From positions 1 through 43,870 of IMG/VR virus record IMGVR_UViG_3300036546_000226: DNA of 43,870 nt. One strand, given 5' to 3'. Both the position numbers and the translations under genes were made by a program. The notes under the pieces were generated by a model. The model ran no database searches. It saw only the letters and a list, made by a program, of their open reading frames with translations, and was not told the origin of the DNA. Below are positions 17,118-25,329 of this stretch, piece by piece. Source of the DNA: a virus (taxonomy: Duplodnaviria > Caudoviricetes). The stretch's first letter is position 1; each line of letters begins with the position of its first letter.

Positions 17118-17544
17118 CACACCAGAGACAATTTATCTCATACCCGGCGAGGACGTAGACGGAGCGCCCTGCATGGTCTGGTGCGAAGATCCGGCGCCAA
17201 GCCATGACCACGATCCTGCCGAGGCGGTGAAGTATATCCGGGCGGATAAGCACCAGGAGATTATCGACCGACAGGCCAAAGCCGCAACACTGGGCATGGA
17301 TGCCGCCAAGAAAAGCGCCGAGATTATGGAGCGCAACGCCAAGCAGATGCGGGCCGAATCGAGTCCGGAGGTTATCGAGAGTGAGCGGGCGGCGAATGCC
17401 ATATTGACTGGCGAGCTCGATCAGGCCCGCCAGATCATCACCGACCTGGTTGAGTACGCCGAATGCAACGACCCAGGGAATCCCCATCTGGCGAGGGCGA
17501 AGGGCTTTTTGGATGGAGGTCGCGATGGCTGTGGCGGTAGCTAA
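17110..17544 (+). CDS. Hypothetical protein
   Basis: ATG directly after the repeat-borne SD; MADTPETIYL..VWCEDP..KYIRAD. Confidence 0.6.
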   Translation: MADTPETIYLIPGEDVDGAPCMVWCEDPAPSHDHDPAEAVKYIRADKHQEIIDRQAKAATLGMDAAKKSAEIMERNAKQMRAESSPEVIESERAANAILTGELDQARQIITDLVEYAECNDPGNPHLARAKGFLDGGRDGCGGS

Positions 17545-17764
17545 GTATCAAATCAGGACAACCCAAATCATGGTGCACCAGGCGACAGACGACACGATCC
17601 TGAGCGAGATGGCTACCAGGGTCAGCATCGATGACGAGGGCGGCGGTGAGTACGTCAAGGCCGAGCAAACAAACACCGGCTCGATACTGATTAACCCGGA
17701 CGAGTGGCCGGCGATCAGAGAAGCGATTGACCGGATGGTGAGCGAATGCAGGAGCGAGACATGA
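17525..17764 (+). CDS. Hypothetical protein
   Basis: GGAGG SD; IDDEGGGEYV..INPDEWPAIREAIDRM. Confidence 0.55.
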   Translation: MAVAVAKYQIRTTQIMVHQATDDTILSEMATRVSIDDEGGGEYVKAEQTNTGSILINPDEWPAIREAIDRMVSECRSET

Positions 17765-18129
17765 ACCAGGCTCAACTATTCGAACCCGCAAAACCCGAAG
17801 CCCGGGCTGGCTACAGCCCCGCCAGCAAAATCGACTATCGCGGCCACCTGATCCCGGCCAGTTACCGGGAGACGGTCGGGATGCGGATTGAGACAAGGCC
17901 CACGCTCGTGTGGTTGATGGATGAGATTCTGGAGGCACTGCAGGGCGGGCCGATACTGAGCAGCGAACTGAATCAGCATGTGTCCGGACTAGTGGCGCCA
18001 TGCGTGATCGCAAAGCACCGGCATTTGCTTGAGGAGTTGGGGTGGGTCCGGACCGTTTACCCGGCAGGCTCTCTGATGATGTACAGCGGCGGGTGTATCC
18101 AGGCAACTGTTGAGCTGGTGGAGGTGTAG
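17761..18129 (+). CDS. Hypothetical protein, possible winged helix
   Basis: ATGA-coupled; EILEALQGGP..LEELGWV. Confidence 0.5.
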   Translation: MNQAQLFEPAKPEARAGYSPASKIDYRGHLIPASYRETVGMRIETRPTLVWLMDEILEALQGGPILSSELNQHVSGLVAPCVIAKHRHLLEELGWVRTVYPAGSLMMYSGGCIQATVELVEV

Positions 18130-18130
18130 C

Positions 18131-18463
18131 GTGAAACCACTCGAATTCCAGCCGCGAATCATCCGGGTCGGCAGCGCATACCGGTACTGCGGCATGGGGC
18201 GCGAATTATTCAACGAGGAAATCCGGCCATTTGTCAGGGAGATACCGATAGGCCAGCAGGGAATCGGCTTCGACCGGCTTGAACTGGACGCCGCACTGGA
18301 TGAGTATATTGCCCGGCGAGGGCATGCTCCGGCCCAAAAATGGAGTGATTCAACATGGCAAAGAAAGGCAACGGACTCATCCTTCGGGGTGGTGTCTGGC
18401 ACATCGAAAAGAGACTTAACGGACGGAGGATTCGAGAAAGCACTGGATCGACTGACCGGGTAG
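18131..18463 (+). CDS. Probable excisionase / recombination directionality factor
   Basis: PRIIRVGSAYRYCGMGRELFN..FDRLELDAALDEY AlpA/Xis-like pattern, overlapping the int start. Confidence 0.6.
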   Translation: MKPLEFQPRIIRVGSAYRYCGMGRELFNEEIRPFVREIPIGQQGIGFDRLELDAALDEYIARRGHAPAQKWSDSTWQRKATDSSFGVVSGTSKRDLTDGGFEKALDRLTG

Positions 18464-19470
18464 AGGCCGAGCAATATCTGGTCAGGAGGTTGGAAGAGAT
18501 CCGCCAGGCTTCGGTTTATGGTGTCAGGCCAAGCCGAATCTGGCGGGAGGCAGCTCTCCGGTACGCCCGGGAGTACGCGCACAAGCGCAGTATAAAGCGT
18601 GACGTCCAGGACTTGAAGGCGCTGGACCCACACATCGGGAAACTACCGATCAGCCAGGTGCACGCCGGAACCCTGCAGGGTTTCGTTGATGCCCGCAGGA
18701 AAGCCGGGGTGAAGTCGGGGACCGTTAACCGGTCACTTGCCGTGGCCAGGCGAATACTGAGGTTGTGCGCAGAGCTCTGGCGGGACGAGCACGGCATGAC
18801 ATGGCTAGAAACCGCGCCTATGGTTCCGGACGTGGACTGGCGAGACAGCCGCGCCCCGTCACCCATTACTTGGGCAGAGCAGGGCAGACTGTTTCAGGAG
18901 CTGCCGGAACACCTGCGGGACATGGCAGAATTCGCCGTGCATACCGGGTGCAGGGAAAGCGAGATCTGCGCTTTGCATTGGGAGTGGGAAGTGGTCCTGC
19001 CAGGCAACGGCTTTGGCTTCATACTGCCGGCCAGGGTGACGAAGAATGGCACCGACAGACTGGTGGTGCTGAACGCAACGGCGAGATCCGTGGTGAACCG
19101 CCAGCGAGGGAAGCACGAGGACCAGGTATTCACTTTCCAGGGCCGGCCGGTGGGCTCGATCTTCAACAACGGGTGGAGGACGGCCCGGAAGAAAGCGGGA
19201 TTGTCACACGTCCGGGGCCACGATCTCCGGCACACGTTTGGCCGTCGGCTTCGGGCTGCAGGGATCACGGAAGAAACCCGGGCGGAGTTACTCGGTCACA
19301 AACGGGGGTCTGTCACCACGCATTACTCGACAGCAGAAGTTGCTGAACTGGTGAACGCGGTCGAACAGATTGCTGAAAAACGTGGTGCAGATTCGGATGG
19401 TGTTGCGGTGGTGAAATTGCGCCCTGTCCGCAAAATGCCCACAGAGGCAAAAAAAAGGGTCACGACATAA
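18355..19470 (+). CDS. int: Tyrosine integrase
   Basis: HTGCRESEI, TKNG, HDLRHTF, LLGH..TTHYS catalytic motifs. Confidence 0.95.
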   Translation: MAKKGNGLILRGGVWHIEKRLNGRRIRESTGSTDRVEAEQYLVRRLEEIRQASVYGVRPSRIWREAALRYAREYAHKRSIKRDVQDLKALDPHIGKLPISQVHAGTLQGFVDARRKAGVKSGTVNRSLAVARRILRLCAELWRDEHGMTWLETAPMVPDVDWRDSRAPSPITWAEQGRLFQELPEHLRDMAEFAVHTGCRESEICALHWEWEVVLPGNGFGFILPARVTKNGTDRLVVLNATARSVVNRQRGKHEDQVFTFQGRPVGSIFNNGWRTARKKAGLSHVRGHDLRHTFGRRLRAAGITEETRAELLGHKRGSVTTHYSTAEVAELVNAVEQIAEKRGADSDGVAVVKLRPVRKMPTEAKKRVTT

Positions 19471-19483
19471 GCCGCAACCCTTT
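19449..19483 (-). terminator. Intrinsic terminator following the tRNA 3' fragment
   Basis: Minus strand AAAGGGTTGCGGC-TTAT-GTCGTGACCCTTT then a T-run. Confidence 0.7.
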
Positions 19484-19491
19484 GAGAATAC

Positions 19492-19540
19492 TGGTAGCAA
19501 GGGGCGGAGTCGAACCGCCGACCCCAGCATTATGAGTGCT
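19492..19540 (-). other. attP core: 3' portion of a tRNA-Met(CAT)-type gene
   Basis: AGCA-CTCATAA-TGCT anticodon arm, GGCGG-TTCGACT-CCGCC T-arm, CCA end; D-arm and 5' acceptor strand absent; adjacent to int. Confidence 0.88.
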
Positions 19541-19671
19541 ACCAGCAATCCTAAGCATTTGATTTCATTATAGCTGAAAGCATTGCCCTCGCCCACAAAT
19601 GCCTATTCGGTCGCAACCATGCGTATAGCGTGGCCGCAAAATGCCCACAGGCCAAACCATCAATTTAAAAA

Positions 19672-19715
19672 TATACACAAAAAACTGTTGCACCCATTAG
19701 TTTGTTGTGTATAAT
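19672..19715 (+). promoter_or_regulatory. Strong sigma70 promoter covered by a 15-bp inverted repeat
   Basis: TTGCAC(19688)-16-TATAAT(19710), A-rich upstream; arms 19672-19686 and 19699-19713 match 14/15. Confidence 0.75.
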
Positions 19716-19782
19716 ACTAATCATGGAGTTGAGCAAAGCAACCCACCGATCCGGCGGAACCGGAGACCGAAAGGAGAACACC

Positions 19783-20073
19783 ATGAGCACAGTAACCTAC
19801 ACCTCAGACATCGGCGTTGAACTGACTGTAAAGCGTCCGAACGGCGAAGTTGAAACCGTTATGCACCCGACCATGAAAAAAATCACCGACGATCAATTCC
19901 GTCAGATCCAGGAAGGCACCGCTAAGGCAGGCCGTGGCGAGGTGTTGAGCTACAAGAACCTGACCAAAACCACAACCAAAAACGTCGATGACCTCATGAC
20001 CGATGCGGACCGCGCCGTGCAAAAGAGCTACGAAATCGAGCGCGCCATGACACTTAACGGCTCCAGCAAGTAA
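19783..20073 (+). CDS. Hypothetical protein (96 aa), first gene of attP-adjacent operon
   Basis: AAGGAG SD then ATG at 19783. Confidence 0.7.
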   Translation: MSTVTYTSDIGVELTVKRPNGEVETVMHPTMKKITDDQFRQIQEGTAKAGRGEVLSYKNLTKTTTKNVDDLMTDADRAVQKSYEIERAMTLNGSSK

Positions 20074-20114
20074 GACAATCTCCGCCCTTCGGGGCGGCTA
20101 CCAGGAGAAGCATC

Positions 20115-20330
20115 ATGAGTAACCAAAACCGCAACGAGCTTGCAGCAGACACCATCAACGGCGTTTACGTTTGCGAGAATGGCGCAGCCCGTAACGAAGG
20201 CGAGTCAGGCGAAATCCTGTATGACATGGATTTTTACAGCGCCTTGGCGGATGACTTCGAGGGCACAATCTACGGCAACGTGTCCGACGAAATTGCCCAG
20301 ATGATCATTGACGAATATGGCATCCGCTAA
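20115..20330 (+). CDS. Small highly acidic protein (71 aa)
   Basis: AGGAG SD; 15 D/E versus 3 R and no K. Confidence 0.7.
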   Translation: MSNQNRNELAADTINGVYVCENGAARNEGESGEILYDMDFYSALADDFEGTIYGNVSDEIAQMIIDEYGIR

Positions 20331-20754
20331 GTCGCCAAAGGCCGCGATCCACTTCGAAACCCAGCGGGACAACAAAACCCGCTGGGTGAAGCAGGCCCAG
20401 CGCGAAGGCATGAAACTAAATGCCTGGATCACAAAGCACCTGAATGCCGCCCTGGGCAGTGAGCCAGTCAGTGAGGGCCGCACAATGCGTCAGCGCCAGA
20501 ATATCAACGGGCGAGCCAGCGAGTGGATGCGTATTGCAGGGATGATCGCCACCCGATCAGTTAACAGCACTGATATCTGTGCCGAGCTGGGCATCAGCCG
20601 AAATTCGTTTGTCCGGCACCAGGCAGATATGGAGCGCATATACGGCCTGGTGATGGAGTACGTGCGGCCTTCCGGATCTGCGGCGGGCTGGTACGAAATC
20701 AAAGATTGGGGAGTGCTCGATGAGCGAAGAGTCAAAGAAAAGTACGGAGGGTAA
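20317..20754 (+). CDS. RHH + HTH two-domain DNA-binding protein
   Basis: IHFETQRDNKTRWVKQAQREGMKLNAWITKHLN (RHH-like); STDICAELGISRNSFVRH (HTH). Confidence 0.6.
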   Translation: MASAKSPKAAIHFETQRDNKTRWVKQAQREGMKLNAWITKHLNAALGSEPVSEGRTMRQRQNINGRASEWMRIAGMIATRSVNSTDICAELGISRNSFVRHQADMERIYGLVMEYVRPSGSAAGWYEIKDWGVLDERRVKEKYGG

Positions 20755-20905
20755 GCGCCCTGCCCATCGCCCGGTAAGCGTCCCGGGCGGCAAGCGGCGG
20801 AACGTCTATCTGGACGACGAGAGCTGGCGCATTGCGCAGGAGTTGGGGGGCGGCAAGGCCAGCGAGGGAATCCGGATGGCTTTACAGGCTGCAAAGGCTC
20901 GATAG
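20720..20905 (+). CDS. Small RHH/CopG-like regulator
   Basis: KRRNVYLDDESWRIAQELGGGKASEGIRMAL. Confidence 0.6.
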   Translation: MSEESKKSTEGKRPAHRPVSVPGGKRRNVYLDDESWRIAQELGGGKASEGIRMALQAAKAR

Positions 20906-21161
20906 CGTCCTTGCACCCCATATATGGGCGACAAGCCGGGCAGGGCATTGATATAAAAAGGAAAGCGGGTATTTCGTGCGCCCAGAAAATCGGGAATTTC
21001 AGACTTTATAAATCAATGCCTTAGATTATAGTTTTGGTTGCCGTTTTGGCGTCACACCCACCAAACTTCAGGGTAACTAACATCCGCCATCATGCTATTT
21101 AACACTATTTGACATGCAGTTTTTGACTGCATTGGCTAAGGTATCCAAAAAGGAGATTAGC

Positions 21162-21614
21162 ATGCTCAAAAGGATCGTTTTATCCATCGCATTGATTGCA
21201 CCAGCCGTGAGCAGCGCAGCGGTTTACCAGTGCAAAGTTAACGGCCAGACGGTGTTTTCAGACCAGCCGTGCGGCGACGATGCGAAAAAAATAGAGGTTC
21301 GGGCGCCGAAATCGCAAGGCAGCTCGATGGTTAGTGATGGCAGCGCCCGGTTTATGCGGGCCCGGGAACTGCAGAGAGAGATACGGGCTCTGGAGCGGGA
21401 AAAAAGCAATGCCGAAATGCGCCTTGATCGCGCTATGGCGAGCTGGCAAAGCCGCAAGCGCCGAGCCAATAACAACCTGGCCGGGGCGACGTGGGAAAAG
21501 GCGCTGGCAGAGGAGGCTGAGGTAAACCGAAAGCGCTACCAGTCCGAAATTGACCGCATTGAAAAGCGGCTGGAATTGAAGCGGGAAGAGCTGGCCGCAG
21601 TCAATAACCCTTAG
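21162..21614 (+). CDS. Exported DUF4124-like protein (moron)
   Basis: Signal peptide then AVYQCKVNGQTVFSDQPC and coiled coil; AAGGAG SD; convergent with tail genes. Confidence 0.75.
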   Translation: MLKRIVLSIALIAPAVSSAAVYQCKVNGQTVFSDQPCGDDAKKIEVRAPKSQGSSMVSDGSARFMRARELQREIRALEREKSNAEMRLDRAMASWQSRKRRANNNLAGATWEKALAEEAEVNRKRYQSEIDRIEKRLELKREELAAVNNP

Positions 21615-21628
21615 CTCCAGAGCGAGAA

Positions 21629-21850
21629 TTAAATCGTCTGATCGATACCACTCAAAGCCGGAGCTGGCCCCTCAATCTGCCGGCCCCGAATGAATACATG
21701 ATCCCCCACGTTGGCGGCGCCCCTTACCCGTACCCGGGCGCCGGTCACTAGCTCCACGACGGCCCCGTCCGGGGTGGTCGCTATCACCTCCCCTTTGTCC
21801 CTGGGTTCGCTCGGCAGCAGTCCGAGCAGGCGCTTATAAAGATTACTCAT
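21629..21850 (-). CDS. Small tail-tip associated protein
   Basis: Last gene of the tail operon; MSNLYKRLLGLLP..VGDHVFIRG..GPAPAL. Confidence 0.55.
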   Translation of the reverse strand: MSNLYKRLLGLLPSEPRDKGEVIATTPDGAVVELVTGARVRVRGAANVGDHVFIRGRQIEGPAPALSGIDQTI

Positions 21851-23930
21851 GGGTTTCTACTCCGATGGTCTGCCATAGCTCCGGCCAGCTGTGGTTGATG
21901 CTCAGGCTGCGTACCAGGCCCCGGCGGGTGTTGCCCTGTTCCTGGTATTCGATCAGGGTGCCGGGCCGTATCATGCCGGTTTCGGGAAGGACGGGCAGGC
22001 GCAGGCTGATCTGGGCTTGCTTGCCGGTATCGCCCAGCAGGGCCAGCCCTCGCTGGCGGGTCATGGCCGGGTCGGTGGCCAAGTCGTCCACGATGGTCGG
22101 TGCCGGGTTGGTTCCGCCGGTGCTGCCGATAATGATCCGGTCCGCTCGGCCCTGTTCGCCGCCGTGTACCCAGACGGCGTTATAGTCCGGTTTTTCCTGC
22201 CACTCTATGCCTTCCACTTCTACGACGTCCTCCGGCAGTGCAATGTCCGGGGTGGCGCTGTTCCAGTTCCAGGGGGCGGTCGGGTACCGGGGCAGAATCC
22301 GCAGGGTCTGGTCGGTGTCGTGGCTCTGGACGTAGGCGCCGCCGGCTTCGGCGATGCGCTTGGCGGCGTCGATCCATGTGCCGCTATGGCTCCAGATGCC
22401 GGCCGGGATTTGCCAGTCCTCGATCTGCCAGTCTACGGTCCAGCCGATGGGCACGCCGTTGGTGGTCAGGGTGGCGTTCAGGGCTTGCTGGGCCGTCATG
22501 GCGCTGGTGTTGGTGTACTGCGTGACTGGTGCCAGGGGGTCGGCCAGGAACGCGGCTCTGCCCCGCCCTGAAACCCGCAGCCAGGATTGCCCGAATCGGC
22601 GCTCCCGCTGGATATTTTCTACAAGTACCCGCAGGGGCTCCCCGTTTATGGTGGCGATCAATTCCACGCGGGTGCTGCTGTCCGGGCGTACTTGCGCCAG
22701 GGCGTCGGCCGGGATGCGGGTGTTCCAGCTCCAGGTCCATGAGTCGGCGTCGATGCTGGCGCTGAAGTCCTCCGCCGGGACGGGGGTGCCGTCCAGCTCG
22801 GTCAGGGTCAGGGTGTTAATCACGGTGTAAATCTCCCGGGTTGGGATGACGATGGTTTCTTGCGGCGGCCCCGGCTCGATCTCGCAGGGCGGCTGCGGTT
22901 CGTAGCCCGGCCCCAGAATAACGCCGCAGTGCAGCGGGCGGGGGCTATAGTCGGCAACCTCCAGCACAACGTTCAGGCCGGGCGGTTTGTAGGTGTCGTC
23001 CCACCAGTCTGGCCACCAGTAGCCTGGGGCCGGGTGGTCTGCTTTTGCCCAGCGGACTTCCAGGCGGGTGCCGGTCGGCCATGCGTTATGGTGACCTATG
23101 CCGAGCGAGTTGGCGGATGGTCTTGATTGTCTTTCCGCCATGCGCAGTGATGGGCTGCGCTTTACGGTTTCGGCGTGAGGGATGCCGCTGTTGCCCTTGC
23201 GCTTGATGCCATGCTGGTGCCGCTCCCGGGTGCTCTCCCGGGTTCTCACCGCTTCGGCGTGGGGCGCGCTCAGGTTGCCGCGCAGGCCCTCGCCATGCTG
23301 ATGGGCCTGCCCCATAGGGCGCTGAAACCGGATCATCTGGGCCTGCTTCGCTTCCAGGCGATTGCGTACCTGGAGGGCGGCTTGCTGTGCAATGGCGGCC
23401 GGGAGGGTGATGTCCTGCCCGTGTCGCTGCCGGAATAGCAAGCCCAGCCTGGCTTTAGGGTAGCGGGGGCGGTGCCGCGACCGAGTGCTGGCGCTGGCGT
23501 TGTCGGGCAGATCCAGATTCTGGCTCATCACGGCGGCGACGGTTAGATCTGGCACGGGCGGCGCAGTCAGCTGGGCACCAAGGCGGGACGCCATGACTGC
23601 CTTGGCGGCCATGGTGGCGGGCGGAGGCGCCGGGGCTGGCAGGGCCGTTGTCAGATCGCCCTCAAAGGTCAGCCCCCCCAGAGCATGCAGGGCCAGTGGC
23701 GCGGGTGCCGGGGCTGGCAGCGTTGCAGTCAGGCGCGACACGTCCACGCCTATCACCACCGGCTCGGTTAGCGGTGGCGGCAGGTATCCGCCCTCGAGCA
23801 CAACGGGGTCGAGCTCCATCGGCCCGACTGGGCCCTGGGCGCCAAGGACGATCGGGTCAAGCAGGTCCGGGGCCGCGTATCCGCCCTCGAGGACGGCCGG
23901 AGCGGTCAGCTCGGGCGGGGCGTAGGTCAT
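21843..23930 (-). CDS. Tail-tip / baseplate hub-like protein (695 aa)
   Basis: ATGA overlap with the RT stop; C-terminal hub-like region (SIDADSWTWS..PDYNAVWVHG); N-terminal YxPP repeats. Confidence 0.6.
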   Translation of the reverse strand: MTYAPPELTAPAVLEGGYAAPDLLDPIVLGAQGPVGPMELDPVVLEGGYLPPPLTEPVVIGVDVSRLTATLPAPAPAPLALHALGGLTFEGDLTTALPAPAPPPATMAAKAVMASRLGAQLTAPPVPDLTVAAVMSQNLDLPDNASASTRSRHRPRYPKARLGLLFRQRHGQDITLPAAIAQQAALQVRNRLEAKQAQMIRFQRPMGQAHQHGEGLRGNLSAPHAEAVRTRESTRERHQHGIKRKGNSGIPHAETVKRSPSLRMAERQSRPSANSLGIGHHNAWPTGTRLEVRWAKADHPAPGYWWPDWWDDTYKPPGLNVVLEVADYSPRPLHCGVILGPGYEPQPPCEIEPGPPQETIVIPTREIYTVINTLTLTELDGTPVPAEDFSASIDADSWTWSWNTRIPADALAQVRPDSSTRVELIATINGEPLRVLVENIQRERRFGQSWLRVSGRGRAAFLADPLAPVTQYTNTSAMTAQQALNATLTTNGVPIGWTVDWQIEDWQIPAGIWSHSGTWIDAAKRIAEAGGAYVQSHDTDQTLRILPRYPTAPWNWNSATPDIALPEDVVEVEGIEWQEKPDYNAVWVHGGEQGRADRIIIGSTGGTNPAPTIVDDLATDPAMTRQRGLALLGDTGKQAQISLRLPVLPETGMIRPGTLIEYQEQGNTRRGLVRSLSINHSWPELWQTIGVETHE

Positions 23931-25015
23931 ACTGCCCTCCGGTACACCTTGGTGAATCTGTGATCCACACTGTAACCCTGGCGCAGCGCTTCGCGGCACA
24001 ATGCTGCACGAGCGTTGTGCGATTTTGTCTGTCGCATCAGCCCGAGATAGCTGTTGAGGCGCTCAGGCACGGCCTCGTCTGCAGATCTTGCTGTGGCGAC
24101 CGCGCGGGGTGGCAGCGTGCGCCTTGGGGTGGTGTGCCACGGCTTGATGACGTGCCCCACAAAATCCACGCCGTGCTCGACGGGCTGCAATATGGTTTTG
24201 CGCGGGTTGATCTGCATCCTCAAGCGATCCTCCAGGAAGGCCTCGATTTCGGATTTTGCCCAGGTCAGCCATTGGGGGTCGGGATGAAGGAGCACGAAGT
24301 CGTCAACGTATCGGGCGTACCCTTTTGGCCTCACCTTGTGCGCCACGAACTGATCCAGAGGGTTAAGCTTTACGTTTGCGAAAAATTGGCTCGGTAAGTT
24401 GCCGCTTGGCAGCCCACACCCGGGCGCGGCATTAACCAGGCGCTTATGTGGCGGCACCAGTTCGAGGTTTTGGGTGTTGCCGCTGTAGACGAAGTTGGAT
24501 GTCGGGTCGTGAAAAAGCACCTGCTCGACAAGGTCAAGCATCCAAGGGTCTTCAATCTTTGGTGCCAGGAGCTCAAATAGCGTTGGCTTATGTATCGCTA
24601 TAAAGAAGTTGCTCAGGTCGAGCTTGAGAAAATAGCACCTCTGCGACCAGTTCTGGGTCGCGCTTCGGATTTTTGCCTCAAGTCTTTTTGCGCCATAGTG
24701 CGTGCCGCGCCCCGGCAGGCAGGCGCTGCTGTCTGCCGAAAATGTCTTGATGAAGGCGGGCGAGATAGCGTTGTAAATTAGGTGGTGGACTACCCTATCC
24801 CTAAAAGCACCGGCCCATATTTCCCGGGGTCTGGGCTTGGTGACAGCAAAGCAGCGAGACGGACCTATTTCATAGGTGCCAGCATTAAGGTCGGACTTGA
24901 GCCGCTGTATATTCTGATTCAGCCGGGCCTCAAAGTGAGCGGCTGCCGCGGTATTTCGTTTGCGCTTACGGCAATCCAGGTAGGCACAGAGAAGTTCGTG
25001 CGTGGTGACGGCCAT
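23927..25015 (-). CDS. brt: DGR reverse transcriptase (362 aa)
   Basis: FRDRVVHH, LKLDLSNFF, GLPSGNLPSQFFAN (DGR-type SQ motif), YARYVDDF, GVDFVG; no maturase or endonuclease domain; adjacent TR and avd. Confidence 0.95.
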   Translation of the reverse strand: MAVTTHELLCAYLDCRKRKRNTAAAAHFEARLNQNIQRLKSDLNAGTYEIGPSRCFAVTKPRPREIWAGAFRDRVVHHLIYNAISPAFIKTFSADSSACLPGRGTHYGAKRLEAKIRSATQNWSQRCYFLKLDLSNFFIAIHKPTLFELLAPKIEDPWMLDLVEQVLFHDPTSNFVYSGNTQNLELVPPHKRLVNAAPGCGLPSGNLPSQFFANVKLNPLDQFVAHKVRPKGYARYVDDFVLLHPDPQWLTWAKSEIEAFLEDRLRMQINPRKTILQPVEHGVDFVGHVIKPWHTTPRRTLPPRAVATARSADEAVPERLNSYLGLMRQTKSHNARAALCREALRQGYSVDHRFTKVYRRAV

Positions 25016-25037
25016 GCTACACCCTTGCCGGTCTGTT

Positions 25038-25143
25038 ATCTGCGGACGGGGCGCACCCGTCTGTTCGTGTTGTTCTTGTTGTTGTTGCTCTCGTTGCCAT
25101 CGCTGAACCTCCGGTTCCACGCGTTGTTGGCCGAGTTCTGCGT
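25038..25143 (-). repeat. DGR template repeat (TR), 106 bp
   Basis: 94/106 identical to the VR; 11 AAC codons in the target frame. Confidence 0.95.
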
Positions 25144-25329
25144 ATTGTTGCGCCTACACGCCGCAGCTCCGAAGGCCGGGGCCGATCAGTGCTGAAGCTG
25201 CCAGCGGACCTACCGGGATGCCCTGGCGGTTTCCGGGGAAGGCTTGTCGTAACACGGTTAATAGTCACGGGCGCAACCAGATAAAATGCACGGCCAGCGC
25301 CCCCGTGAGGGCGCTGGAAATCAGGCAAA

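Larger units (their letters stand above)
19428..19650. repeat. attP arm-type direct repeats and IHF-like box
   Basis: CCGCAAAATGCCCACAG at 19428-19444 and 19634-19650 flank the core; AATCAAATGCTTA (minus, 19552-19564) fits WATCAANNNNTTR. Confidence 0.7.

Noticed and set aside
19492-19540. Complete tRNA gene
   Set aside because: D-arm and 5' acceptor strand are missing; position next to int indicates an attP core.
20082-20097. Intrinsic terminator
   Set aside because: UUCG hairpin without a following U-tract; more likely a stability element. The same applies to 38735-38752.
20917-20928. Protelomerase (N15-like) telomere site
   Set aside because: Palindrome is only 12 bp and no protelomerase or partition genes are present; the phage has int and attP.
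21097-21124. dif-like XerCD site
   Set aside because: Only the XerD-like half resembles the consensus (TAGTGTTAAAT on minus); the XerC half does not.
23927-25120. Group II intron or retron RT, and the 35-aa Gln-rich N-terminal extension in the ORF track
   Set aside because: SQ motif, Avd and TR/VR identify a DGR; the extension is just the TR read in another frame, so the start is placed at 25015.
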